Below are positions 27,723 through 37,503 of a stretch of DNA of 42,647 nt, one piece after another. The notes below the pieces were generated by a model, which worked only from the letters and a program-made list of their open reading frames with translations, was not told the DNA's origin and made no database searches. The position numbers and the translations under genes are program-made. Location: sequence record SRR20825006_676. One strand, 5' to 3'. Numbering within the stretch: position 1 is the first letter of the stretch; the number at the start of each line of letters is the position of its first letter.

Positions 27723-30261
27723 TTCCGTCCAATATTTCTTGTAGTTCTTCTTCCGTGCTAATGAGTACATCTCGAGCTGTACTTCCTTGGTATGGCCCAA
27801 CAACACCTGCATTAAATAATTGATCTATAATTCTTCCCGCCCGGTTATAGCCTATTTTGAGTTTACGCTGAAGCAAAGACACTGATCCTTGTTGATGGAG
27901 AAGAATCACTTTTGCTGCCGACACGAACATATCGTCTATGTCATCTAACGGGTCTGGAACGCCAGAATTGTCTTCTTGAATAATTGGCAAATGAAATGGT
28001 TGCTTATACCCAGCTTGTTGACCAATAAATGCATTAATTCGCTCCACTTCTTCTGTTGAAACGAATGCATTTTGAATTCGAGTCATGCCAGCACCATTTG
28101 AAAAGAGCATATCGCCTTGACCTACCAATTGATCGGCTCCACCCACATCAAGAATGGTTCTAGAATCAACTTTTGAGGCTACTTGATAAGCAATTCGCGC
28201 CGGGAAATTCGCCTTAATCGTACCTGTAATTACATTTACTGATGGACGCTGCGTTGCAACTACTAAGTGTATTCCAATTGCACGAGCAAGCTGAGCAAGT
28301 CTTGAAATGGGTTCTTCAATTTGCTTCCCTGCAGTCATCATTAAATCGGCAAGCTCATCTATAATTACCACAATATATGGTAGATGTTTGTGCCCTAATT
28401 CAGCGTCAAGTTCTCCATTTTTGAACTTTTCGTTGTAAGCTTTAATGTCTCTAACCAACGCCATTTTTAGCAAATCGTACCGATCGTCCATTTCCTTACA
28501 AACACTATTTAATGTTTCTAAAGCTTTAGAAGTATCGGTAACAATAGGTTCTTCGGCATTTGGCAACATTGCCAAGAAGTGATTCTGAATATTGCGATAT
28601 AATGCGAGTTCAATCTTTTTAGGATCAATCATCACAAACTTCAGATTTTCTGGGTCGCACTTATACAGTAAGCACGTAATAATTGTGTTTACCCCAACCG
28701 ATTTCCCTGAACCCGTTGCACCAGCCATAAGTAAATGCGGCATCTTGGTAAGATCCAGCATAAACACTTCGTTCTCAATGGTTTTACCAAACGCGACAGG
28801 CAAAACCATATCGGTTTCAATAAATTTCTTAGTGTTTATCACTTGTTTGATATACACCATTTCTCGCGTGCTGTTAGGTACTTCAATACCCACCGCCGAC
28901 TTTCCCGGAATTGGAGTTAACATCCTAAGTCCTTTGGATGCCGTAGCCATCTTTAAATCGTTCGAATAGCTTTCAATCTTGCTGATTTTAACATCCGGAG
29001 CGGGTTCCAGTTCGTATAAAGTTACAGTTGGCCCTACAATTGCATTTATAGCAACAATCTCAATTTTATGGCGCTTTAGCTTATCTAGTATGATGCGTTT
29101 ATTCTCACGAATTTCATCTAAATCAACTTCGCTACGGTTTGCCGGTGGAGTATCAAGTAAATCAATAGTTGGGAATTTATACCTGATAACAGGAAGTTCT
29201 TTCGCTTTATCTCTATTGATTTTATCTAGCTCACGATCGTCAGCTTCCTCATCACCTTCGCCTTTATAAACCGCTACTTCAATATCATCTTCATCATCGA
29301 TTTTAGGCTCTTCCTTCTCTTTTTCCATCAACGCTCTTTGGCGCTGATCTATACTTTCCACATTTCTAAGCTCTTCTTCCAAACGCTCTTTCTCTTCCTT
29401 CTCAGACTTTTGAACTATATCGTCGATTGTTAGAGGCGTTTCTTTTTCTTCTACTGGAGCTGGAGCCTTTTCAACAACTTTTGTCACCGTCTTTTCTTTC
29501 TTCTTTTCGGCTTTTAGCTCACTTTTTTGTTGTTTGTCGGCTTCGCGTTGTTCTCTTTTTTCAGCAAGCCTTTCTTCTCGCTCTTGTGCTTTAATTTCTT
29601 TTTTCTCAGCTCGAGCTACTCTATAGTCATCTAATTTCTGTTGAATACTTTCAATCCAAAGCTTCAGGTTATCAATGGTTTTTTGGAGATCACGATCTAG
29701 CAATAGTAGAAATGTGATAATCATTAAAACGAAGATAATAATAGCTGAGCCTATAGAACTTGTGAAATTCTGTAGCACACTTGAGATAGCAATTCCTGCG
29801 CCTCCACTCCAAACTGAGTCTTCAGGAAAATTAGCATTTAAGTTCAACCAGCCAATTGCGGTAGAAAGTAACAACATTCCCCAAATACTAAGAACGCTTA
29901 GCCATGTTAAATCTCTAGCGTTTCGATGTCGCAAGATATGCCAGCCGAAATAAGCCACCAAAATTGCTAAAATTATGCTCGTGTAGCCGAATAAATTGTG
30001 TACAAAAAAGTGTGAAATATATGCTCCAACAGGTCCTAACCAATTTTGAACTAGGCGCTGAGAAGCATCAGGATTAAATAAATCTAGGAAGGAAATACTT
30101 TTGGCATACTGATAATCTTCTTGTGCGTAGGAAAGCACACTTAACCCAAGCAGAATGGAAATTCCGATTACAATAATCCCAAGGATTTCCACTTTACGTT
30201 GTGGATCTAATCCTTTGGATGAGGTTGATGATGTTGCAGTATTTAACTTTTTCTTAGCCAT
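27709..30261 (-). CDS. ftsK: DNA translocase FtsK
   Basis: N-terminal TMs with NWLGPVGA, Walker A GATGSGKS, IIDELADLM, ATQRPS, gamma domain SLLQRKLKIGYNRAGR. Confidence 0.97.
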   Translation of the reverse strand: MAKKKLNTATSSTSSKGLDPQRKVEILGIIVIGISILLGLSVLSYAQEDYQYAKSISFLDLFNPDASQRLVQNWLGPVGAYISHFFVHNLFGYTSIILAILVAYFGWHILRHRNARDLTWLSVLSIWGMLLLSTAIGWLNLNANFPEDSVWSGGAGIAISSVLQNFTSSIGSAIIIFVLMIITFLLLLDRDLQKTIDNLKLWIESIQQKLDDYRVARAEKKEIKAQEREERLAEKREQREADKQQKSELKAEKKKEKTVTKVVEKAPAPVEEKETPLTIDDIVQKSEKEEKERLEEELRNVESIDQRQRALMEKEKEEPKIDDEDDIEVAVYKGEGDEEADDRELDKINRDKAKELPVIRYKFPTIDLLDTPPANRSEVDLDEIRENKRIILDKLKRHKIEIVAINAIVGPTVTLYELEPAPDVKISKIESYSNDLKMATASKGLRMLTPIPGKSAVGIEVPNSTREMVYIKQVINTKKFIETDMVLPVAFGKTIENEVFMLDLTKMPHLLMAGATGSGKSVGVNTIITCLLYKCDPENLKFVMIDPKKIELALYRNIQNHFLAMLPNAEEPIVTDTSKALETLNSVCKEMDDRYDLLKMALVRDIKAYNEKFKNGELDAELGHKHLPYIVVIIDELADLMMTAGKQIEEPISRLAQLARAIGIHLVVATQRPSVNVITGTIKANFPARIAYQVASKVDSRTILDVGGADQLVGQGDMLFSNGAGMTRIQNAFVSTEEVERINAFIGQQAGYKQPFHLPIIQEDNSGVPDPLDDIDDMFVSAAKVILLHQQGSVSLLQRKLKIGYNRAGRIIDQLFNAGVVGPYQGSTARDVLISTEEELQEILDGIENL

Positions 30262-30991
30262 TTAAGTTAATTAAGATGCCGTCTTTCATGCCCGGAAGCA
30301 CATCAAAAAGATCTACTTGACTGGCAAATGGAATATCGCCATCGGGAACTAATTCTTTTAATCTTTTTGCGTGGTCGCTAGACCCAATTGCCGCTTCTAA
30401 ATCTCCGCCAAATTTTTCGTACAAACCAAAAGCTACTTTTACGCCGTCTTTTGTGTTCTCTGGCAGTTTACCACCGCACATTTGGGAAATCAAGGAACCC
30501 GCAAAAAGTGTATCCTCTAAAGAAAGTCGTCCTTGCCAGCCAGAACAGATTAAAACTATGGCGTCGTCGTGTTCTTTTAAAGCTTCTAAAATACTATTCT
30601 GATTTAGAAAGCATCCCACATAAATACGGTTTGCTAGTGCTGCTTTTTTAATAGCTTTTGTACCATTAGTGGTATTTAGAATAAGCGTTTTATCAGCTAC
30701 TGTCTCGGCATCGTACTCTAGCGGTGAATTCCCTAAATGATACCCTTCAATTTTACTTCCATTTTTTTCTCCACAAAGCAAGTAATCGTTTGGGTCCATA
30801 TTGCGAGCAATACGGACTGCGGCGTCCATATCTTCAACAGGAATTACCTTTCTCGCGCCATTACTCATAGCGGTAACAATGGATGAAGATGCTCTTAAAA
30901 CATCAATAACTACTGCCGATTTCCCCCTTAGTTCCTCTTCGTTAAAAGACTGAACTGAAAAATAAACATCTAAATAATCTAAACTGGCCAT
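30254..30991 (-). CDS. comB: 2-phosphosulfolactate phosphatase family protein
   Basis: VVIDVLRASS, LCGE, LGNSPLEY, TTNGT, SLED..FAG. Confidence 0.9.
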   Translation of the reverse strand: MASLDYLDVYFSVQSFNEEELRGKSAVVIDVLRASSSIVTAMSNGARKVIPVEDMDAAVRIARNMDPNDYLLCGEKNGSKIEGYHLGNSPLEYDAETVADKTLILNTTNGTKAIKKAALANRIYVGCFLNQNSILEALKEHDDAIVLICSGWQGRLSLEDTLFAGSLISQMCGGKLPENTKDGVKVAFGLYEKFGGDLEAAIGSSDHAKRLKELVPDGDIPFASQVDLFDVLPGMKDGILINLNG

Positions 30992-31009
30992 TTTTTTAAA
31001 CTTCCTCTC

Positions 31010-32104
31010 TTATTTCTTTATAAATGGGGGGCGTGTTATGGTAGCCTCTCCCGTTTTATTTCTTATAGCTATGTAAATGGCCGATCCTTCTGTAGCATAT
31101 GCTTTTTCTACATAACCCATTCCAATTCCTTTACCTAAAGTTATAGACATTGTTCCGCTAGTAACTTCTCCGATTTTGCCCCCTTTATCATCTACAATAT
31201 CGTAACCATGTCTAGGGATGTTACGAGTATCGTTCATCATAAAACCAACTAATTGTCGAGTATTTCCATCTTCCTTTTTCTTGAGAAGAGCTTCTTTACC
31301 AACAAAATCACCTTTTTCAAATTTTGTAATCCATCCCAATCTTGCTTCTAGCGGGTGAGTGTCTTTGGTAATATCGTTTCCATAAAGCGCAAAACCCATT
31401 TCTAAGCGCAATGTATCTCTAGCACCTAAACCGCAGGGCTCAATTCCGAAATCTTCTCCCGCTTCAAAAATAGTATCCCAAATAGCTTCTACATTTACAT
31501 TGGCGGTTTCAAAATAGAGTTCAAATCCTTTTTCCCCAGTGTATCCTGTTGCTGACACAATCATATCAATACCGGCCAATTTACCCTTTTTAAAAGAGTA
31601 GAAGTCCACTTCATCGAGGTTTACATCCGTTATTGACTGTAGCGCTTCTGCCGCTTTTGGGCCCTGAACAGCTAATAAGGCGTATTCATCTGATCTGTTC
31701 ACCAGTTCAGCATTCATACTATTTTGGCTACTTATCCATTCATAGTCTTTATCTACATTGGCGCCATTTACTACCAACATGTATTCATTTTCGGCAAACA
31801 TGTAAACAATTAAATCATCTACAATACCGCCATCAGAATAGCAAAAACACGAATACTGAGCCTTACCAGGTATTAATTTCGAGGCATCATTTACAGTAAC
31901 TTTTTGAATGAAATTGAGCGCATTTTCGCCACTCACAAAAAATTCACCCATGTGTGAAACGTCAAAAACACCTACAGCTTCTCGAACCGCAGCGTGCTCA
32001 ACCTTAATACCTTTATATTGCACAGGCATTTCAAACCCAGCAAATTCAACGAGTTTTCCACCCTCTCTCTGATGAATAGAGTGGAAAGGAGTCTTTTTTA
32101 ACAT
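31010..32104 (-). CDS. gcvT: Glycine cleavage system aminomethyltransferase T
   Basis: [48 protein letters not shown] at 32104. Confidence 0.96.
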   Translation of the reverse strand: MLKKTPFHSIHQREGGKLVEFAGFEMPVQYKGIKVEHAAVREAVGVFDVSHMGEFFVSGENALNFIQKVTVNDASKLIPGKAQYSCFCYSDGGIVDDLIVYMFAENEYMLVVNGANVDKDYEWISSQNSMNAELVNRSDEYALLAVQGPKAAEALQSITDVNLDEVDFYSFKKGKLAGIDMIVSATGYTGEKGFELYFETANVNVEAIWDTIFEAGEDFGIEPCGLGARDTLRLEMGFALYGNDITKDTHPLEARLGWITKFEKGDFVGKEALLKKKEDGNTRQLVGFMMNDTRNIPRHGYDIVDDKGGKIGEVTSGTMSITLGKGIGMGYVEKAYATEGSAIYIAIRNKTGEATITRPPFIKK

Positions 32105-32321
32105 CAAGTACTATTTTGTTTATAAAATTACTTGAGATTATTTACCTCAAGTGATACCTCTGTAGAAATTCGAACCATGAATTTAATCATTTCTTGCCAA
32201 ACATCACGGTAATTCCTATAAATGGAATGAGTTATTATTATCGCGGGTTTCTTTCTTCTACAAGTATAAAACTTTGTATCTTTAGAGACCTTTAAGTTTA
32301 AACAAAATTCCAAGTATTGTT

Positions 32322-33434
32322 ATGGCTATAAATAAAGAGCAGGTAAAAACTGCTTTGGCCCACGTCATTCATCCCTCCGAAAAGCAAGACCTTATCTCTT
32401 TAGATATGGTACAAGACTTAATAGTTCAAGAGAAGTATATCTCGTTTACGCTAGAAATGCCTGAACAAAATAAGGCGCTAGCTGCTGAACTCTCTTCTAA
32501 ATGCGAAGAAGCTGTACACAAATTTATTGACTCGGAAGCGATTGTAGATATCCAAATTGGGATTAACATCTCTAAACGCCGTAAAAAAATTGAAGAACCT
32601 GTTAATAACCAAGCGCAACAAGTTCTGCCAGGCGTGAAGCATATTATTGCTGTTGCATCGGGCAAGGGCGGTGTAGGGAAATCTACCGTTGCAGCAAATT
32701 TGGCGATAGCATTAGCTCAAACCGGCGCAAAAGTTGGGTTAATGGATACCGATATTTACGGACCAAGCATCCCAACTATGTTCAATGTTTTTGAACGACC
32801 AAACATTACCACCCAGAAGAAACTCATTCCTATTGAAAAATATGGTGTTAAAATGGTTTCTATGGGCTTTTTAGTGGATGTAAACCAAGCTATGGTTTGG
32901 CGTGGTCCAATGGCTACTAGCGCGATTAAGCAGTTTATTACCGATGTAGAATGGGGCGAATTGGATTTTATGGTTCTAGATATGCCTCCTGGAACTGGCG
33001 ATATTCAACTTACAATTGTTCAAACAGTTCCATTAAGTGGAGCGGTAATTGTATCTACTCCGCAAGTAGTTGCATTAGACGATGTTCGAAAAGGTGTTGC
33101 AATGTTTCAGAAGGTGAACGTACCTGTGTTGGGCGTTATCGAGAATATGGCTTATTTCACACCTCCAGATATGCCTGATAAGAAATATTATATTTTTGGT
33201 GAAGGCGGAGCAAAACGATTGGCTCAAGAGCTTAACGTTCCTGTTTTAGGTGAAATTCCACTAGAACAACCTGTGCGTGAAGCTGGTGATAACGGTAAAC
33301 CCGTTGTGCTTTCCGATGAAAATTCTCCTGCAGCAATTGCTTTAAAAACTGCGACCGAGAATATCAAAAAACAACTTTCACTACGTTCAGAGAAAGCTGG
33401 TTCTGCAAGTAAATTAGACATCACTTTTAAATAA
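32322..33434 (+). CDS. apbC: Mrp/NBP35 (ApbC) Fe-S cluster carrier ATPase
   Basis: ASGKGGVGKST, DTDIYGPS, WRGPM, DMPPGTGD, ENMA. Confidence 0.92.
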   Translation: MAINKEQVKTALAHVIHPSEKQDLISLDMVQDLIVQEKYISFTLEMPEQNKALAAELSSKCEEAVHKFIDSEAIVDIQIGINISKRRKKIEEPVNNQAQQVLPGVKHIIAVASGKGGVGKSTVAANLAIALAQTGAKVGLMDTDIYGPSIPTMFNVFERPNITTQKKLIPIEKYGVKMVSMGFLVDVNQAMVWRGPMATSAIKQFITDVEWGELDFMVLDMPPGTGDIQLTIVQTVPLSGAVIVSTPQVVALDDVRKGVAMFQKVNVPVLGVIENMAYFTPPDMPDKKYYIFGEGGAKRLAQELNVPVLGEIPLEQPVREAGDNGKPVVLSDENSPAAIALKTATENIKKQLSLRSEKAGSASKLDITFK

Positions 33435-33460
33435 CGCTTTAACTCTATCGGGAAATGTAA

Positions 33461-34066
33461 ATGACCATAATCAGTCTTCTTGATTTGGTAGGGACTTTTG
33501 TGTTTGCTATAAGCGGTATCAGAGTTGCCGCAAAAAAAGACATGGATATTTTTGGTGCTGCCGTAGTTGGCTTTGTAACAGCCGTTGGCGGTGGTACGCT
33601 TCGCGATGTTCTTTTGGGAAATCACCCGATCACTTGGATATCTGACATCACGTATCCACTTCTTATTCTTGCAGCCGTTCCATTTACTTACTTAATAAGA
33701 AATAGACTCGCTGATATTACAAAACCACTCTTTTTGTTCGATACCATTGGTCTTGCTATGTTTACTATTAGCGGCATGGAAAAGGCACTTTCTATGGGCT
33801 TGAATCCATTTATGGCAGGAATTATGGGTATGATTTCAGCGGTGGTTGGCGGTATTATTCGAGATATTCTTTGTAGCGAAGTTCCATTAATTTTTCGAAA
33901 AGACATCTACGCTTCTGCTTGTTTATTAGGTGCTGTAATTTTCTATTTAGGTATAGTAAGTGGTATTGATACCAATCTGAATTACTTGATTACTACCTCG
34001 GCAATTATAGCAATCAGAATTCTTTCCATTAAGTATCATTTATCCTTACCCAAGATGAAGGCCTAG
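33461..34066 (+). CDS. Trimeric intracellular cation channel family protein (UPF0126/YadS)
   Basis: Duplicated GGG..RD motif (TAVGGGTLRD; AVVGGIIRD), FDTIGL. Confidence 0.9.
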   Translation: MTIISLLDLVGTFVFAISGIRVAAKKDMDIFGAAVVGFVTAVGGGTLRDVLLGNHPITWISDITYPLLILAAVPFTYLIRNRLADITKPLFLFDTIGLAMFTISGMEKALSMGLNPFMAGIMGMISAVVGGIIRDILCSEVPLIFRKDIYASACLLGAVIFYLGIVSGIDTNLNYLITTSAIIAIRILSIKYHLSLPKMKA

Positions 34067-34100
34067 TTTATTTCAACCTTCATGCGCCTCATAGTTTCAT

Positions 34101-34136
34101 AAAAAAACTCACCTCTCTTTCCAGAAAGGTGAGCTT
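34101..34136 (-). terminator. Rho-independent terminator after gdh
   Basis: CTCACCTCTCT/AGAAAGGTGAG stem with an A-run on the plus strand (T-run on the minus strand). Confidence 0.75.
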
Positions 34137-34170
34137 GATGTAGCCTCAAAATTATGTGTACATTGAGTTT

Positions 34171-35577
34171 TTATGGGAAAATGCCCATTTGCTCATACAT
34201 AATTCCGATTTTGTTAATTGCACTTATATAAGCGGACGTTCGCAAGTCATTCAACTTATGTTCGTTTCTTATTTCTAATAACTGTTGGTAAGCGGTAATC
34301 ATCGTTTCTTCTAATCCAGAATCCACTAAGTCGTATTCTTCTGCACCATGAGAAAGATCTAGCATTTCATCATCGCTAAATTTACGATCAGAGATATTTT
34401 CAATTACGTTCAGAATCTTCTTGAAGCTACTTTCATCAAAACGTTTGTTTATTCGGCCGTAGCGAACATGCTGTATGTTTTTAAGCCACTCAAAATAAGA
34501 CACCACCACACCGCCTGCATTCAAATACGAATCTGGCAAGATTAACGCTCCACGATCTTTTAGGATATCGTGCGCATCAGCTGTTGTTGGCCCGTTAGCT
34601 GCTTCACCAATAATCTTAGCTTTAATGTTTTTAGCATTATCACCTGTAATTTGGCTTTCTAATGCTGCAGGAATCAAGATATCGCACTCTAACTCAAGGG
34701 CATCTTTATTTGAAGGAAGTGTTTTTGAATTTCCAAACCCGATAATACTACCCGTTTCTTTTCTAAACTCCATCAGAGCTGTCAAATCAATTCCTTTTGG
34801 ATCGTAAATAGCGCCTTCCATTTCTGCCACGCCAACCATCTTCGCGCCTGCGCCAGTCATGTAAAGAGAAGCATGATAGCCCACATTTCCTAAACCCTGA
34901 ACTACAAAAGTCTTTCCTTCAACACCCGTTTCAAGTCCAATTTTGTCCATGTCAGCTTTTACGCTACATGCTTCACGAATACCGAAATAAACACCACGCC
35001 CCGTAGCTTCTGTTCTACCTCGGATTCCACCTTGCTGAATCGGTTTCCCCGTAACGCAAGCTTCTGCGTTCAAGTCATCGCTCAACTGGCGGTAAGTATC
35101 TAAAATCCAGCCCATTTCGCGAGCGCCTGTTCCATAATCAGGTGCTGGCACATCAACGCCAGGCCCGATAAAGCCTTTTTTAATCAACTCGTAGGTATAT
35201 CGGCGTGTTATACGCTCTAATTCCGATACTGAATAATCGCGAGTGCTTATTTTAACACCACCTTTAGCTCCCCCAAATGGTACATCTACAATTGCGCACT
35301 TGTACGACATTAAAGCTGCAAGAGCCATCGTTTCATCTTCATCTACTTTATGGCTGTAGCGAATTCCACCTTTTGTTGGGCTTTTATGATGACTATGCTC
35401 TACTCGCCAGCCTTCAATTACCTCTATCGTCCCATCGTCTCTGCGTAATGGAAAAGTAACATGGTAGATAGTGTTACATATTTTTATCTGCTTTAGTAGA
35501 CCTGGATGAAAGCGCGTATATACCGCTGCTTTATCGAAATTTTTGTTTACCTGTTCGTAGAATTTATAATCCGACAT
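34171..35577 (-). CDS. gdhA: Glutamate dehydrogenase (Glu/Leu/Phe/Val family, animal-like subtype)
   Basis: PTKGGIRY, VPFGGAKGG, DVPAPD, QGLGNVG, EAANGPT, NAGGVVVSYFEWLKN. Confidence 0.93.
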   Translation of the reverse strand: MSDYKFYEQVNKNFDKAAVYTRFHPGLLKQIKICNTIYHVTFPLRRDDGTIEVIEGWRVEHSHHKSPTKGGIRYSHKVDEDETMALAALMSYKCAIVDVPFGGAKGGVKISTRDYSVSELERITRRYTYELIKKGFIGPGVDVPAPDYGTGAREMGWILDTYRQLSDDLNAEACVTGKPIQQGGIRGRTEATGRGVYFGIREACSVKADMDKIGLETGVEGKTFVVQGLGNVGYHASLYMTGAGAKMVGVAEMEGAIYDPKGIDLTALMEFRKETGSIIGFGNSKTLPSNKDALELECDILIPAALESQITGDNAKNIKAKIIGEAANGPTTADAHDILKDRGALILPDSYLNAGGVVVSYFEWLKNIQHVRYGRINKRFDESSFKKILNVIENISDRKFSDDEMLDLSHGAEEYDLVDSGLEETMITAYQQLLEIRNEHKLNDLRTSAYISAINKIGIMYEQMGIFP

Positions 35578-35882
35578 GCCGACTTATATTTGAGGTTTTT
35601 TAAAGTGTTTGATGTTCGGAATATTATCCCTCATAAACAAGGAAAAGCGCTTCCTATTTTAACTTTAACCTTTTTTCGATTGGCATCGATTCTGTTTCAT
35701 TTTACTAATTAGATAGAAAATTTAGATAGCGATTTTGATTGAATTTCTAACCGATACATTTAATAAGTAAAGGCGATGATAATCTGGTATTCAACCTTTA
35801 TTTAGAGGGTCGCTTTTTTTAGGGTAAGAGTTCGTCCAAAATCGAATACATGCTCTTTTTTGATGAATAGATTTAGTCAAAA

Positions 35883-36626
35883 CTAATCACCCACTGGAAG
35901 CGAAACATGTAAATGATCGGCAGTACCAACATGACGGATGAGTTTAAACCCCATAAACTCTAGAGAAGATTGTAGTAGAAAATTTCTTACTTCAGAATGG
36001 CCTTTTGTTCTTAAATCTATGGCGTGTACGTAACCATCCGATTGTTTGTAATGCAACGAATTATTCAATGTTGCCAAGCCCATCTTTCCATAATCTTCAG
36101 GCGCTCTACTAATATCGGTAATCACCAACTTATCCTCCGCCAAGGTAGTTGTTGCAACCGCTACCCTAAGTATTGGATGAAGAGAACGATACACCGATTG
36201 AATTTCGCTAGATTTGGCATTCATACTTGAAAGGTAAAGTGTCCCATAAAGGCAGAAACCTGCCACTAATGCGCCAATGCCGGCAGATCCATATTTTATG
36301 AGAAGCTTTTTATTCTTCACGTTTCTAAATAGAAAAAAAAGATACACTAACAGAAGTGAAACGGTGGCTAATATTCCGCCAACTAACGCCAACCAAGCGT
36401 TATAATCTTGTACAAGGTTCAGATAAACAGAAGTTCTAATCAATACAAAAAAGGGCATTATAGTTAGTCCAAAAGCCAACCCTAACCAGATACAGATTTT
36501 TGCTGCTCTCTTGCCAAGTGTGGTTCGCTTCTTTTTCTCTTGTTGATGAAAATCATCTATTCTATATGAATGGACTCCATTTAATAAATCATTTATATCG
36601 CTATGGGAAATTTTTTCCATGCGCAT
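35883..36626 (-). CDS. Membrane protein (3 TM) with C-terminal peptidase M15-like (Hedgehog/DD-peptidase fold) domain
   Basis: Three hydrophobic helices, then ITDISR...SLH...AIDLR...DHLHVS. Confidence 0.7.
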   Translation of the reverse strand: MRMEKISHSDINDLLNGVHSYRIDDFHQQEKKKRTTLGKRAAKICIWLGLAFGLTIMPFFVLIRTSVYLNLVQDYNAWLALVGGILATVSLLLVYLFFLFRNVKNKKLLIKYGSAGIGALVAGFCLYGTLYLSSMNAKSSEIQSVYRSLHPILRVAVATTTLAEDKLVITDISRAPEDYGKMGLATLNNSLHYKQSDGYVHAIDLRTKGHSEVRNFLLQSSLEFMGFKLIRHVGTADHLHVSLPVGD

Positions 36627-36651
36627 TTACACGCACGATAACAGTTGGTTG

Positions 36652-37047
36652 TTACAATTGTCTGTTTGTACTTCGCATCAGAAAAGAAAAACTCTGAAAC
36701 ATTATAATGAGAATAACCGCCATAATTATAGCTCGTGTGGGATTCGCGTAAATGGCCTGCCCCATATTATTTAAATTGAAAGCTATTAACAGCCCTGAAT
36801 TAAATATTGCCATGCTTGAAGCCCAAGAAACGCGCATCCACATGGCAAAACCTGATAGTATTGAAACTAAGCCTACTACTAATTGTGCGATGTGCTTAAA
36901 AACGGGAATGTCTTCGTTTACAAATTCAAAAAGCTCACCTGACTCTGTATTAATCAGCGTAATTATTGCACTAATCGACATATATAACCCAACGGTTACG
37001 AGAAAAAAAACTAAGAAATTGGTGATGTTGCGATCTTTTTTATTCAT
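36652..37047 (-). CDS. Hypothetical integral membrane protein (4 TM)
   Basis: Four hydrophobic segments in 131 aa; co-oriented with its neighbours. Confidence 0.7.
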   Translation of the reverse strand: MNKKDRNITNFLVFFLVTVGLYMSISAIITLINTESGELFEFVNEDIPVFKHIAQLVVGLVSILSGFAMWMRVSWASSMAIFNSGLLIAFNLNNMGQAIYANPTRAIIMAVILIIMFQSFSFLMRSTNRQL

Positions 37048-37127
37048 CTAACTACATAATTACATTCTGATGGGCTTTTGTGAATGCTTAGACCATCGCA
37101 GTCCAATTTGTTCCCTCGTTTTTGCAA

Positions 37128-37364
37128 TTACTTTCTGTTTATAAACACATCTATAGTAAAGAGCACAGACATGGCAGAAACAGCTCCGTAGAATCCATAG
37201 CCAGCTAGTCCAAATTCGAATGCTATTATCCCACCAAATAATGAGGCAGCTATTCCAGCCCCAATGCTTTTTAAAGGTTTCATTCCCTTTTTTCTTAAAG
37301 CTAGGTTACTTAACCAACCAATTGCCGCGCCTATAACTAAAAGCGAAAAAATCGTAAAAAACAT
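37128..37364 (-). CDS. GlsB/YeaQ/YmgE (transglycosylase-associated) family small membrane protein
   Basis: LVIGAAIGWLS...SIGAGIAASLFGG...GAVSA pattern in 78 aa. Confidence 0.65.
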   Translation of the reverse strand: MFFTIFSLLVIGAAIGWLSNLALRKKGMKPLKSIGAGIAASLFGGIIAFEFGLAGYGFYGAVSAMSVLFTIDVFINRK

Positions 37365-37503
37365 ACACTCACTCCATACTTTAATGTCATCATTGCTTTT
37401 TTAAACAACTATTACATCTCCTTGTTCCAAATCAGTGCTAAGTCAGGAGTTTTTTGATTACTTTGAACGTTCCTTTCTAAAACCATAACGCATATAATTA
37501 TTT

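Noticed and set aside
27723-27812. N-terminal extension of LolA in the ORF track (start 27812)
   Set aside because: It overlaps ftsK by over 100 nt and buries the signal peptide; TTG at 27722 gives a normal signal sequence.
29190-29640. Glu/Lys/Arg-rich low-complexity stretch in ftsK as a repeat element
   Set aside because: It is the normal variable linker between the FtsK membrane and motor domains.
32128-32313. 61-aa ORF between gcvT and apbC
   Set aside because: Occupies the divergent promoter region, has a TTG start and no recognisable features.
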